Shown here one piece after another: positions 1-9,114 of a stretch of DNA of 64,000 nt; position 1 is the first letter of the stretch, and each line of letters starts with the position of its first letter. The notes below the pieces were generated by a model. That model ran no database searches. It was not told where the DNA came from and saw only the letters and a list, made by a program, of their open reading frames with translations. Both the position numbers and the translations under genes were made by a program. Source of the DNA: an uncultured Verrucomicrobiae bacterium. GTDB taxonomy: Bacteria > Verrucomicrobiota > Verrucomicrobiia > Chthoniobacterales > JAATET01. Where the stretch lies: the NCBI GenBank assembly GCA_963719495.1, contig CAVRCI010000002.1:192001-256000 (forward strand). The letters are read 5' to 3'.

Positions 1-1457
1 AGTTCGACTCCGTTGAGGACGACGTCGTAGGCGACGGCGCGGAGGGTTGCGAGGTCGGTGCCGGGGGTGGCGAGCTTCTCTTCGTCTTCGGGGTGCGGGC
101 GGGTGAAGGGGTGGTGGACGGCGTTCCACTTGTTGTCTTCGGCGGAGAAGGCGAGGAGCGGGAATTCGGTGACCCAGAGGAAGTTGAGCGCCGTTTCGTC
201 GGCGACCAGTTTCTGGATTTCCGCAACGCGGAGGCGGACCCGGCCGAGGACTTCGCAGGCGGTCTCCCACTTGTCGGCTCCGAAGAGGATGAGGTCGCCT
301 TCTTCGATGGCCATGGTCTCAGCGAGGGCGGCTCGTTCGGCGTCGGTGAAAAATTTGACGATGGGGGATTTCCATTCGCCGTCTTCGACTTTGACGAAGG
401 CGAGGCCCTTCGCACCAAATTGCTTGGCGCGGTCGGTGAGGTCGTTGATCTGGCCGCTGGTGATACCGGCGAAACCTTTGACGTTGATTGCCTTCACGAC
501 TCCGCCGTTGTCGAGGGTGCCGCGGAAGACTTTGAATTCACTCGTGGCGAAGACGGGGCCGAGATCCTTGATTTCGACGCCGAAGCGGGTGTCGGGTTTG
601 TCGCTGCCGTAGCGGTTCATCGCATCCTGGTAGGTGAGGCGGGGGAAGGGGAGCGCGATGTCGATGTCGTGGGATTGCTTCACGACGGCGGCGAGGATTT
701 TTTCGGCGAGGGCGAGGATGTCTTCTTCGGTGATGAACGAGGCTTCGACGTCGAGCTGGGTGAACTCGGGTTGGCGGTCGGCGCGGAGATCTTCGTCGCG
801 GAAACAGCGGGCAATCTGGAAGTAGCGCTCGATGCCGCCGACCATGAGGAGCTGCTTGTATTGCTGCGGAGCCTGCGGGAGGGCGTAGAAACCGCCGGGG
901 GTGAGGCGCGAGGGGACGAGGAAATCGCGGGCACCTTCGGGTGTGCTCTTGGACAGGATGGGGGTTTCGATTTCGAGGAAACCTTCGGCGTCCATCGTGT
1001 CGCGGATCGTTTTGATGACGCGGTGGCGCAGGCGGAGGTTGCGGCGCATGTCGGCGCGGCGGATGTCGAGGTAGCGGTATTGGAGGCGGAGGTCTTCGTT
1101 GGCGACGCGGCCTTCGATCGGGAAGGGGAGGACGTCGGCTTTGTTGAGAACCGTGATGGCGGTGGCGACGATCTCGATCTCTCCGGTGGGGAGGCGGGGG
1201 TTTTCCGTGCCGAAGAGGCGGGGTGCAACGGTGCCGGTGATGGTGACGACGTCTTCGCCGCGGAGGCCGTGGGATTGCTCGGCGACCTGGGGTTGCTCGT
1301 CGGGGCGGAAGACGATCTGCGTGATGCCTTCGCGGTCGCGGAGGTCGATGAAAATGACGCCGCCGTGGTCGCGGCGGGAGTCGACCCAGCCAGAGAGGGT
1401 GACGGTGGACTCGGCGTCGGTGGCGCGGAGGGCGGAGCAGTGGTGGGTGCGATACAT
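1..1457 (-). CDS. aspS: Aspartate--tRNA ligase, probably non-discriminating (Asp/Asn); 3' end runs off the window
   Basis: Manual translation from ATG at 1457: MYRTHHC..LSGWVDSRRDHGGVIFIDLRDREGITQIVF, then TPILSKSTPEGARDFLVPSR, LPQAPQQYKQLLMVGG, YFQIARCFRDEDLRADRQPEFTQLD. No stop before base 1, so it is absent from the ORF track. The His in RRDHGG is typical of non-discriminating AspRS. Confidence 0.96.
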   Translation of the reverse strand, partial: MYRTHHCSALRATDAESTVTLSGWVDSRRDHGGVIFIDLRDREGITQIVFRPDEQPQVAEQSHGLRGEDVVTITGTVAPRLFGTENPRLPTGEIEIVATAITVLNKADVLPFPIEGRVANEDLRLQYRYLDIRRADMRRNLRLRHRVIKTIRDTMDAEGFLEIETPILSKSTPEGARDFLVPSRLTPGGFYALPQAPQQYKQLLMVGGIERYFQIARCFRDEDLRADRQPEFTQLDVEASFITEEDILALAEKILAAVVKQSHDIDIALPFPRLTYQDAMNRYGSDKPDTRFGVEIKDLGPVFATSEFKVFRGTLDNGGVVKAINVKGFAGITSGQINDLTDRAKQFGAKGLAFVKVEDGEWKSPIVKFFTDAERAALAETMAIEEGDLILFGADKWETACEVLGRVRLRVAEIQKLVADETALNFLWVTEFPLLAFSAEDNKWNAVHHPFTRPHPEDEEKLATPGTDLATLRAVAYDVVLNGVE

Positions 1458-1462
1458 GTTGC

Positions 1463-1495
1463 GTGATTGGTGACTAGTGAGTGGTGATTGGTGGG
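1463..1495. repeat. Heptamer tandem array (GTGAnTR)x4-GTGGG containing the hisS stop codon
   Basis: gtgattg gtgacta gtgagtg gtgattg gtggg; 31/33 identical to 54670-54702 and similar to 51522-51554. Confidence 0.85.
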
Positions 1496-2709
1496 AATGC
1501 GGTGAGGGCGTCGCGGTCGATGGTGATTTCTTCGCGGGTGGCGAGGGTTTTTATTTTTACCGTCGGGTATTCTTCGCCAATTAGGATCGTTTTTTTGGCT
1601 CCGAGGGATTCGGCGGTTTTGAACTGTTTGTTGAGTTTGGTTTCGGTGAGGGGGTAGTCGGTGCGGTGGCCGGCGGTGCGGAGCTGCTGGACGAGGGCGA
1701 GGGCTTCGGGGCGTTTGGTTTCGTCGGCGATGAGGACGTAGAAGTCGGTGGCCGTTGGCGTGGGGCGCTTGGCGGCGGCGGTGGGGGTTTCGTCGATGAA
1801 GTTTCCCAGGACGACGTCGCCCATGCCGAAGCCGATGGCGGGGAGGTCGGTGGCGCCCTCGCTGAGGTCGGCCAGGAGAGTGTCGTAGCGGCCGCCGCCG
1901 GCGACGGCGCGGTTCTTTGCTCCCCAGTCGAAGATTTCGAAGACGAGGCCGGTGTAGTAGGCGAGGCCGCGGACGATGGAGAGGTCGACGTCGACGTAGT
2001 CGCGCAGGCCGCGGGCGGCGAGGTCGGCGAGGATTGCGGAGAAATCGTCGGGGCTGCCGGTGGCGATGAATTCGCGGAGGTCGGCGAGGGTGAGGCCGTG
2101 CGGGGCAAGGCTGGCTTCGACTTTTTCGGCGGGGTCGCGGTCGAGTTTGTCGACGATGGCGAGGACGGCGGAGGGGTCGGCGACGTGGCGGTCGGTGAGG
2201 TAGCGGGTCCAGGCTCGGCGGTCGCTGAGGCGGACGACGAAGTCGCTTTCCGTGAAGCCGAGGTCGCGGAGGATGTCGATGGAGAGGGCGATGAGTTCGG
2301 CGTCAGCGGCCGCTGATTTGTCGCCGATGAGGTCGGCGTTGAATTGGATGAACTCGCGGAGACGGCCTTTCTGCGGTCGCTCGTAGCGGAAGAAGGTGGC
2401 GATGGAAAACCACTTGAGCGGCTTTTTGTAGTTTCTCTCCCGGGCGGCGACCATGCGGGCGAGGGTGGGGGTGAGCTCGGGGCGCAGGGCGACGTCGCGG
2501 CCGCCTTTGTCGGTGAAGCGGTAGAGCTGGGTGAGGATCTCGGCGTTGGCTTCGTTTTTCTTGGCGTAGAGGTCGGTGGATTCGAGGACGGGGCTGTCGT
2601 ATTCGACGAAGCCGTAGCGGCGCGCGATGGTGCGCCAGCGCCCGAGGAGGTAATCGCGCCGGGCGCAGTCTTCGGGGAAGAAATCCCGGAATCCGGTGAG
2701 TGACTGCAT
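1474..2709 (-). CDS. hisS: Histidine--tRNA ligase
   Basis: GFRDFFP, ALRPELTPTLAR, FRYERPQKGRLREFIQFNAD, RGLAYYTG, GGGRYD, AIGFGMG; hisS-aspS gene order. Confidence 0.97.
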   Translation of the reverse strand: MQSLTGFRDFFPEDCARRDYLLGRWRTIARRYGFVEYDSPVLESTDLYAKKNEANAEILTQLYRFTDKGGRDVALRPELTPTLARMVAARERNYKKPLKWFSIATFFRYERPQKGRLREFIQFNADLIGDKSAAADAELIALSIDILRDLGFTESDFVVRLSDRRAWTRYLTDRHVADPSAVLAIVDKLDRDPAEKVEASLAPHGLTLADLREFIATGSPDDFSAILADLAARGLRDYVDVDLSIVRGLAYYTGLVFEIFDWGAKNRAVAGGGRYDTLLADLSEGATDLPAIGFGMGDVVLGNFIDETPTAAAKRPTPTATDFYVLIADETKRPEALALVQQLRTAGHRTDYPLTETKLNKQFKTAESLGAKKTILIGEEYPTVKIKTLATREEITIDRDALTAFPPITTH

Positions 2710-2781
2710 CCGGGGTAGGTAAGCGGAAGCGGCGGGGCGGGGGAAACCTGAAATTGCCGGTGATGGTGCCGAGCTGGCAAA

Positions 2782-2829
2782 GCGCTCACCGATTAAACGT
2801 AACGGCCGTTACATTTAATCGGTGAGCGC
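2782..2829. repeat. 48-bp near-perfect palindrome with GTAACGGCCGTTAC core
   Basis: gcgctcaccgattaaacgtaacggccgttacatttaatcggtgagcgc, one mismatch; related copy at 55430-55465. Confidence 0.85.
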
Positions 2830-2907
2830 CGGGGGTGGTGAGAGCATTGTTACCCCCGCTTCTCTGGGGTTGCCGTCGGGGTCGACGGAAGGGTGAACTT
2901 TGGGTGA

Positions 2908-3879
2908 TTAGGACTTGAGATCTAGAAGGATCTTCCCGGCTCGGGAGTCGGTGGTGGCGGCTTCAATCGCGGCTTGGATTTCTTCGAGTGGGAAGGTTTT
3001 GGCGACGGGGACGTGGATGGTGCCGTCGGCGACGAGGTTGGCGAGTTCGGCGAAGGTGGTGGTGCGGTCTTCGGCGGTGGTTTCTTCGAACCAGCGGCGG
3101 AGCCAAAATCCCTGGAAGGAGATGTCTTTGAAGATGAGGAGTCCGGCGGGGGCTTTGAACGGCTGGCGGGACATCGCTCCGTAGGTGACGTGGACTCCGC
3201 CGGGGGCGAGGGCGCTGGCGATGTCGAGGGCCGACTGGCCGCCGACGGCGTTGAGCGCGAGGCGAGGGGGAGTGTCGGCGATGGGGCTTTTTTTTCGAAG
3301 GTCGACGTCGTCGGTGAGGACGAGGTCGGCTCCGAGTGCGGTGAGTTCGGGGATGAGCTCGGGGCGTCGGACGAGGTTGAGGGTTTTGATTCCGAGACTT
3401 TTGGCGATTGCGATGACGCAGCGGCCGACGCCGGAATTGGCGGCGTTTTGGATGATCCAATCACCGGGTTCGAGGCTGACGAAGATGTGCAGCATGGCGT
3501 GGGCGGTGGGCGGATTGACGCAGAGCATGGCGGCCTGGAGCGGGTCGATGCCGGGTGGAAGCTTGATGGCGTCGGCGACGGGGAGGTTGCGGTGGTGGCA
3601 CCAGTTGCCGAGGGCGGTGTTGGCGATGAGGTCGCCGATGGCGAAGTCGGTGACTTCGGATCCCAGTGCGGTGACGCGGGCACAGCCTTCGTTGCCGATC
3701 GTGGCGGGTGGCTCGGGGAGGTTCCCGTAGGTGCCGTCGATCACGTTGAGGTCGGCGGGGTTGATGGGGGCGGCGAGCATTTCGATCTGGAGCTCGTTGG
3801 CGGCGAGTGGCGGGAGTTCGAATTCGTCGAGTTGGAGGACGTCGGTGGGTTTGCCGAAGGCGTGGATACGGGCGTTCAT
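2908..3879 (-). CDS. MDR-family 2-enoyl thioester reductase (Etr1/MECR-like)
   Basis: APINPADLNVIDGTYG, VNPPTA, IIQNAANSGVG, VTYGAMSRQP, LIFKDISFQGFWL. Confidence 0.85.
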   Translation of the reverse strand: MNARIHAFGKPTDVLQLDEFELPPLAANELQIEMLAAPINPADLNVIDGTYGNLPEPPATIGNEGCARVTALGSEVTDFAIGDLIANTALGNWCHHRNLPVADAIKLPPGIDPLQAAMLCVNPPTAHAMLHIFVSLEPGDWIIQNAANSGVGRCVIAIAKSLGIKTLNLVRRPELIPELTALGADLVLTDDVDLRKKSPIADTPPRLALNAVGGQSALDIASALAPGGVHVTYGAMSRQPFKAPAGLLIFKDISFQGFWLRRWFEETTAEDRTTTFAELANLVADGTIHVPVAKTFPLEEIQAAIEAATTDSRAGKILLDLKS

Positions 3880-4487
3880 TGATCTTGGATTTTGAATTCA
3901 GGAATTTGGATTGGGGGTGACGGAAGGAGGAAGGCGGCGAGTTCCTGGTGAATTTTCCGGCTGTAGACTGGCCAGACGTGGGCGGGGACGTCGCAGCGGT
4001 GGGTTTGGGTGGCACGGGGCCAGTTGGCGCTGTGGCCGGGGAGGACCATGAGGTCGGCGGGTGTCCAGGCGACGTAGGTGGGGTGGGACCACGGGGCGGC
4101 GTCGAGTTGTTTCAAAAATTCGCTGTTGGGTCGCATTTGGGCGATGCCGGTGCCGGGGAGGGTGTGGGCGACGAGGGAGCCGGCGTGGGGGGTGTTCAGG
4201 AAGGCGACGCGGTGGATGGGGAGGGCGGCATTGGCAAGGAGGGCGGCCCGGACGACGAGGCCTCCCATGCTGTAGCCAACGAGATTGATGGGGCCGCTGG
4301 CCGGGGTGAGTTTGGCGGCGAGCCGCTGGCCTTCGGCGATGAGGCACGTTCGGCCGCTCGAGTCGTAGCGGTGGATTTCGACCTCGGGGAGTCCGGCGGC
4401 GAGGAGACGGCGGCGGAGGAGGTTGAGACGAATTGGGCGGCCCCAAAGGCCATCGAGGAGGTAGGTCGTCGACGGCGTTTCGTTCAC
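3876..4487 (-). CDS. Alpha/beta-hydrolase (lipase/esterase-like)
   Basis: Nucleophile elbow LVGYSMGG, then LNTPHAGS; GTG start at 4487 chosen because it overlaps the upstream stop. Confidence 0.75.
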   Translation of the reverse strand: MNETPSTTYLLDGLWGRPIRLNLLRRRLLAAGLPEVEIHRYDSSGRTCLIAEGQRLAAKLTPASGPINLVGYSMGGLVVRAALLANAALPIHRVAFLNTPHAGSLVAHTLPGTGIAQMRPNSEFLKQLDAAPWSHPTYVAWTPADLMVLPGHSANWPRATQTHRCDVPAHVWPVYSRKIHQELAAFLLPSPPIQIPEFKIQDQ

Positions 4488-5326
4488 AGGAGGAAGGTAA
4501 TGAGGGCGGTGGCGAGGCCAGCGTAAAGGCCGGCCGCGACGTCGTCCCAGGCGACTTTGCCGGGCCAGGGTTGGAGTTCGATCCATTGGATGCCGGGTTT
4601 GAGGACGTCGAAGAGGCGGAAGGTGGCGAAGGCGAGAACGAGGCCGGACGCGATGTGGTCGGCGGGGACGAAGAGGACGGCGATGGCGGCTCCGGCGACT
4701 TCATCGAGGACGAACTCGCGGGCGTCGGGGTCGCGGAAATAGCGGGTGGCGGCGGACTCCGCGAGCAGGCAGAGGATGGTCGCGGTGACGGCCAGGATGG
4801 CGGTGAGGGCGAGAACGGCGTTCCACGGGAGCAGTGTGACCGCGAGTGCGGCGAGGATCGGGGGGATGGCCGATGCGATCGTGGCTCCGACGACCGGAAG
4901 GTGGCCGATGGGGCCGACGGTGGCGGCTCGGATGAAGAGGGGGTGAGGGGGCGAGGTCGTGAGGGGGAAATTGGAGGCGATCCAGATTTCTTCGACGAGA
5001 CCGGGGATCCGGTGGGCGCAGGGGCGACCGCCGACGTGGTGGAGCGGGCCGGAGGAGCGGAAGGGCCAGCCCAGGCCGGGGAGCGAGGCGTCGAGGAACG
5101 CGTGGAGCGGGACGTGGTGGGCGGCTGGTCGGCGGTCGGCGAGATGGTAGCCGGGTGGAGGCTCGCTGCTCTTGGGTCGGACGGTGGCGAGGACTGGGGT
5201 GGTGGTTGCGGGTGAGGGCGACGAGAGTGCGTCGAAGGTAACCTCGACCTTTGTGTTGGGTGCGAGGTCTTGCGCTCGGTCGCGCAGGTTGGTGGCGATT
5301 TGGGCCTGGAGATGTTTGGCGATCAC
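4484..5326 (-). CDS. pgpA: Phosphatidylglycerophosphatase A family protein with extra N-terminal region
   Basis: C-terminal half has DPDAREFVLDEVAG, FRLFDVLKP, WDDVAAG and hydrophobic helices. Confidence 0.75.
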   Translation of the reverse strand: MIAKHLQAQIATNLRDRAQDLAPNTKVEVTFDALSSPSPATTTPVLATVRPKSSEPPPGYHLADRRPAAHHVPLHAFLDASLPGLGWPFRSSGPLHHVGGRPCAHRIPGLVEEIWIASNFPLTTSPPHPLFIRAATVGPIGHLPVVGATIASAIPPILAALAVTLLPWNAVLALTAILAVTATILCLLAESAATRYFRDPDAREFVLDEVAGAAIAVLFVPADHIASGLVLAFATFRLFDVLKPGIQWIELQPWPGKVAWDDVAAGLYAGLATALITFLL

Positions 5327-5338
5327 GGGGCGGGGCTA

Positions 5339-5696
5339 CGGCTCGCCGGGAGGCTCGCCCTCCGGGTTGGTGGGGGCAAGGTGGAATGTGGGGCTGGAGT
5401 GGGCGTGACCGTCGCTTTTGGTAGCGACGGCGGAGGGATCGGCTCTCTCGCTTTACTCGAATTGCCGACCTTCGGCGGCTGGAGCCGGAGCGAAGTGGAG
5501 ACCGCCGAAGGCAGCCCGCGGTGCCTTGAATCAGGATCTCCGGGCGGAATCGTCACCGGTTCCGGGCGCGTCTCCTCGGAAATGATCCGCTGTACGGATT
5601 TTGGTTGGTTCGGCGATTGAAAATCGCCGCTCCTTGAGAGGCTCGGCTTGCTTCGCTGCGCCGAACTTCGGCGGCTGGAAGCCTCCGCTCCTTGAA
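5339..5696. repeat. Cluster of REP-like palindromes (BIME-like)
   Basis: ggctcgccgggaggctcgccctcc (~5340); interrupted REP 5471-5530; cggcgattgaaaatcgccgctccttga 5611-5637; ttcggcggctggaagcctccgctccttgaa 5667-5696. Confidence 0.8.
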
Positions 5697-5912
5697 TTAT
5701 CCCTGCGCGGGGGCTTCTTCGGTGGCGGTGGCGACTTCGTCGACCAAATCAGCGAAGTCGGAGACTCCGGTGCTGGGGATGATGATCGAGTTGCGGCGAC
5801 CTTGGGCTTCTTCGGTGATTCGAAGAAAACGTCCGCGATCGTTCTCGCGGTATTCGATGAAGAATTGCTTGCGTTCTACCTGCAATTCACGGGATTCGAT
5901 AACTTTGTCCAT
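5697..5912 (-). CDS. PUR-domain (PurA/Pur-alpha-like) ssDNA/RNA-binding protein, 71 aa
   Basis: SRELQVERKQFFIEYRENDRGRFLRITEE..GRRNSIIIP matches a single PUR repeat; SD-like aggaaag upstream. Confidence 0.8.
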   Translation of the reverse strand: MDKVIESRELQVERKQFFIEYRENDRGRFLRITEEAQGRRNSIIIPSTGVSDFADLVDEVATATEEAPAQG

Positions 5913-5989
5913 TGCTTTCCTTTCCTATCGGTCGCCATATCGACCGGAGTGAGCGGGGTAATATCGCCCGACTTTTTCTGGTGGCAAGA

Positions 5990-8389
5990 TCAAACTGGGG
6001 CGAAATCGACCTGTTGCTTGAACATGTCGACTTTGGCGACGGTGACTTCGATCAGATCGCCGGCGGTGTAGGTCTTTTTCGTCTTCCGTCCGATGAAGCG
6101 GCCCTTGGCTGGTTCGTGGGTGAAAAAGTCGTCGGCGAGCATCGAGACGTGGATGAGGCCGGTGAGCAGGAAGTCGGGGAGCTCGACGAGGAGGCCAAAA
6201 TTCCGCACGTCGATGATGCGGGCTGGGAAGGACTGGCCTTTTTTCCCGGTGATCTGCTGTTGGAAGAACTCGAGCTTCTTGAGCTTGGTGCTTTCGCGCT
6301 CGGCGTCGGTCGCGGTGCGCTCGGTCGTCGAGATGTGCTCGGCGAGGGTGCCGAGTTCGTTCGAGTTCGGACCGACCTTGGTGAGACCGAGGTGGCGTTC
6401 GAGGGATCGGTGGACGATGAGATCGGCGTAGCGTCGGATTGGGCTGGTGAAGTGCGTGTAGTCTTCCTTGGCGAGGCCGTAGTGGCCGAGCGGGGTGGTG
6501 ACGTAGGACGCGCGCTTGAGGCTCTTGAGGAGGCCGATCTTGATGGCCTGTTCGTAGGGTTTGCCCTTCACCGAGGCGAGAAGCTTGCGGAGATTTTCGC
6601 GTTTGCTGAGGTCGCCGGGGTTCAGGTTGTAGGATGCGGCGATCTCCTGGTATTCGGCCAGGCGGTCGGGCTCGGGGTCCTCGTGGACGCGGTAGACGGT
6701 GGGCTGATTGGCGCGTTTGAGCTGGCGGGCGACGACCTCGTTGGCGAGGAGCATGAGCTCCTCGACGAGCTGGTGGGATTCGTCGTTTTCGATCCGCTCG
6801 AGCCGCTCGGGTTTGCCGTTTTTATCAAGCCAGACTTTGATTTCGGGGAAATCCAGATCCAAAGCGCCTTGGGCGAAGCGGTTTTTGCGCAGGAGCGAGG
6901 CGACTTCCCAAGCTGCGTGCACGCGTTCGCCGGTCTCGTCCTTCGGCTTTTCCTGAAGGATGGCGTAGGCCTGCTTGTAAGTGAGGCGGGCGGCGCTGCG
7001 GATGACCGTCTTGGCAAATCGCGTGCTCGTGATTTTGCCCTTCTTGTCGACTTCGGCGAAGGCGGAAAACGCCATCCGGTCGACATTGGGTTTGAGGCTG
7101 CAGATGCCGTTACTGAGGGCCTCGGGGAGCATCGGGATGACGCGGTCGGCGAGGTAGACGCTGTTGCCGCGCTCGACGGCTTCGCGGTCGAGCTTGGTCT
7201 TTGGGCGGACGTAGTGCGAGACGTCGGCGATGTGGACGGAGACGGACCAACCGGTTTTCGTGCGCTGGACTTCCACGGCATCATCGAAATCCTTGGAGTC
7301 GTCGGGGTCGATCGTGATGATGTGGCGTCCGCGCAGGTCTTCGCGTTGGGCGGCTTCGCGGGCCGGGACTTCGGCGGGGATTTGCTCCGCCTCGCGGATG
7401 ACGTCGGGTGGGAATGCCTCGGGCAGGCGGTGCTTGCGGATGATCGAGAGGATGTCGACGCCGGGATCGCCGGTGCGACCGAGGACCTCGACGAGGTGGC
7501 CCTCCGGATTGACGTGGCGCGAGGCCCATTCGTCGAGCTTGGCCACGACTTTGTCGCCGATTTTTGCGTCGATGTTGCCGGTTGGCGCGGGGACGTAGAG
7601 ATTTTGGACGAAGCGGGGGTCGTCGGCGACGACGTAGAAGAAGGCCTTCGTTTTCTGGAGGGTGCCGACGATCGTCTCGCTGGCGCGGGTGAGGATGCGG
7701 ATGACGCGGCCTTCGGTGCGGCCGGGAGGGCCGGGGCGGCGTCCGCCGGAGCGGGAATCCGTCTTGATGCGCGCGACGACGCGGTCGCCGTGCATGGCGG
7801 TCCAGGTGTTTTCCGGGCTGATGAAGAGGTCGGGCTCGCCGCGGGTTTCGTTGAGGATGTGGGCGGCTCCGGAGGGGTGGATCTGAATCTCGCCGGTGAA
7901 AAGGTCGGCTTCCTTGGGGATGATGAAGCGGTCTTTGCGGATGCGGGCGAGGTCGCCGGAGGTCTCCATCTTCGTGAGGAGATCCGCGAGTTTGCGGCGT
8001 TGGGCGGGGGGGAGGTCGAGGCGTTTGCTGAGTTCTTCAAGATTGAGCGGCTGGTCGGCCACGAGGGCGAGGACGCCGTCGCGGAGGGCTCCGGAATCGG
8101 ATGAAGATTTCTCGCGGCGCTGATCTCCGCGCTGGTCGCGGGGTGGGCGCGAGGGCTTGTCACCGGAGGGTGCGCGGTTCGGACGGCGGCTGCGTTTGGC
8201 GGGGCGATCGGAGGACTTGGGCGCATCGACGCTCTTGTGGGAGGCGCGCGGCTGATCGTCGGCTGGCGCGTTCGATTGACCCGATTTGCTGGACGAGCGG
8301 CGGCGGCGGCGGTTTTTTTTCGCCGGATCCGAGGGGGATTCCGGGGCATTGGCGGAACCCTGCTTCCGCCTCCTTGAATTTTCTGGCAC
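5990..8389 (-). CDS. rnr: Ribonuclease R
   Basis: HTH, cold-shock domains, RNB catalytic motif ITIDPDDSKDFDDA, HFTSPIRRYADLIVHR, C-terminal S1; start estimated at GTG 8389. Confidence 0.93.
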   Translation of the reverse strand: MPENSRRRKQGSANAPESPSDPAKKNRRRRRSSSKSGQSNAPADDQPRASHKSVDAPKSSDRPAKRSRRPNRAPSGDKPSRPPRDQRGDQRREKSSSDSGALRDGVLALVADQPLNLEELSKRLDLPPAQRRKLADLLTKMETSGDLARIRKDRFIIPKEADLFTGEIQIHPSGAAHILNETRGEPDLFISPENTWTAMHGDRVVARIKTDSRSGGRRPGPPGRTEGRVIRILTRASETIVGTLQKTKAFFYVVADDPRFVQNLYVPAPTGNIDAKIGDKVVAKLDEWASRHVNPEGHLVEVLGRTGDPGVDILSIIRKHRLPEAFPPDVIREAEQIPAEVPAREAAQREDLRGRHIITIDPDDSKDFDDAVEVQRTKTGWSVSVHIADVSHYVRPKTKLDREAVERGNSVYLADRVIPMLPEALSNGICSLKPNVDRMAFSAFAEVDKKGKITSTRFAKTVIRSAARLTYKQAYAILQEKPKDETGERVHAAWEVASLLRKNRFAQGALDLDFPEIKVWLDKNGKPERLERIENDESHQLVEELMLLANEVVARQLKRANQPTVYRVHEDPEPDRLAEYQEIAASYNLNPGDLSKRENLRKLLASVKGKPYEQAIKIGLLKSLKRASYVTTPLGHYGLAKEDYTHFTSPIRRYADLIVHRSLERHLGLTKVGPNSNELGTLAEHISTTERTATDAERESTKLKKLEFFQQQITGKKGQSFPARIIDVRNFGLLVELPDFLLTGLIHVSMLADDFFTHEPAKGRFIGRKTKKTYTAGDLIEVTVAKVDMFKQQVDFAPV

Positions 8390-8512
8390 GCGCGGACTGT
8401 CTGCGAGCGGATCGAGGTTGACAAGCAAATCAGCGGGAGGCGGCGGCGGCGCGGCGAGAAAGTGCTTGATTGGCGGTGCGGAAGGGCGGACTTTCTGGAA
8501 ACGCAACCTCCC

Positions 8513-9010
8513 ATGAAAACTTCACGCCTTTATACCCGCCGCGCCTTCACCCTCATCGAGCTTTTGGTCGTGATCGCGATCATCGCGATTCTGATGGGAC
8601 TGCTGATTCCGTCGGTTACCGGCGTGCTGGAGAATGCCAAGCGAGTGCAGGCGAAGAATGATGTTACGCAAATCGCGACTTCGGTGATTGCCTACGAGAC
8701 GGAATATGGGAAATTGCCGCCCAAAGCGAACATCTACGACATCCTTGGCAATCTCAGCGACACAGATGAAAATCCGCGGGGAATAGTGTTCTTGGAAATT
8801 CCTGACGCAAAGGGTGGGAAGAATGGCTTGGTGGGCAATCAATACAAAGATTCGTGGGGCCAGTCATACAACGTTGAAATCGACGATGATTACGACAACT
8901 CCATAGTCGCGACGACAGCGGACGGACCCAAGACCGTGCGCAAGCGGGTAGCAGTCTGGTCGGAAGGGAATCCGGACAAGTCTCCGAAGCCGGTCTATTC
9001 TTGGCAGTAA
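8513..9010 (+). CDS. Prepilin-type N-terminal cleavage/methylation domain protein (type IV pilin/pseudopilin)
   Basis: MKTSRLYTRRA|FTLIELLVVIAIIAILMGLLIP followed by YETEYGKLP and DSWGQSY. Confidence 0.9.
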   Translation: MKTSRLYTRRAFTLIELLVVIAIIAILMGLLIPSVTGVLENAKRVQAKNDVTQIATSVIAYETEYGKLPPKANIYDILGNLSDTDENPRGIVFLEIPDAKGGKNGLVGNQYKDSWGQSYNVEIDDDYDNSIVATTADGPKTVRKRVAVWSEGNPDKSPKPVYSWQ

Positions 9011-9034
9011 GTTTTCGGTTAGAGCGATAGATTC

Positions 9035-9105
9035 GCGGGTGTAGTTCAATGGCAGAACGGCAGCTTCCCAAGCTGCATACGAGGGTTCGATTCCCTTCAC
9101 CCGCT
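9035..9105 (+). tRNA. tRNA-Gly (CCC)
   Basis: gcgggtg-tagttcaatggcagaac-ggcagcttcccaagctgc-..ggttcgattcc-cacccgc cloverleaf; anticodon CCC; CCA not encoded. Confidence 0.95.
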
Positions 9106-9114
9106 CCCCCCCTG

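Noticed and set aside
93..1466. Long antisense and alternate-frame ORFs (e.g. 93-1466, 5912-8104, 22347-24041, 50034-51539, 58321-60234)
   Set aside because: They shadow well-supported genes on the opposite strand, lack motifs, and are expected in high-GC DNA with few stop codons.
5471..5696. Possible CRISPR array from recurring ~27-30 bp palindromic repeats
   Set aside because: Copies are dispersed or in doublets, with no regular unique spacers and no cas genes; they fit REP-like elements.
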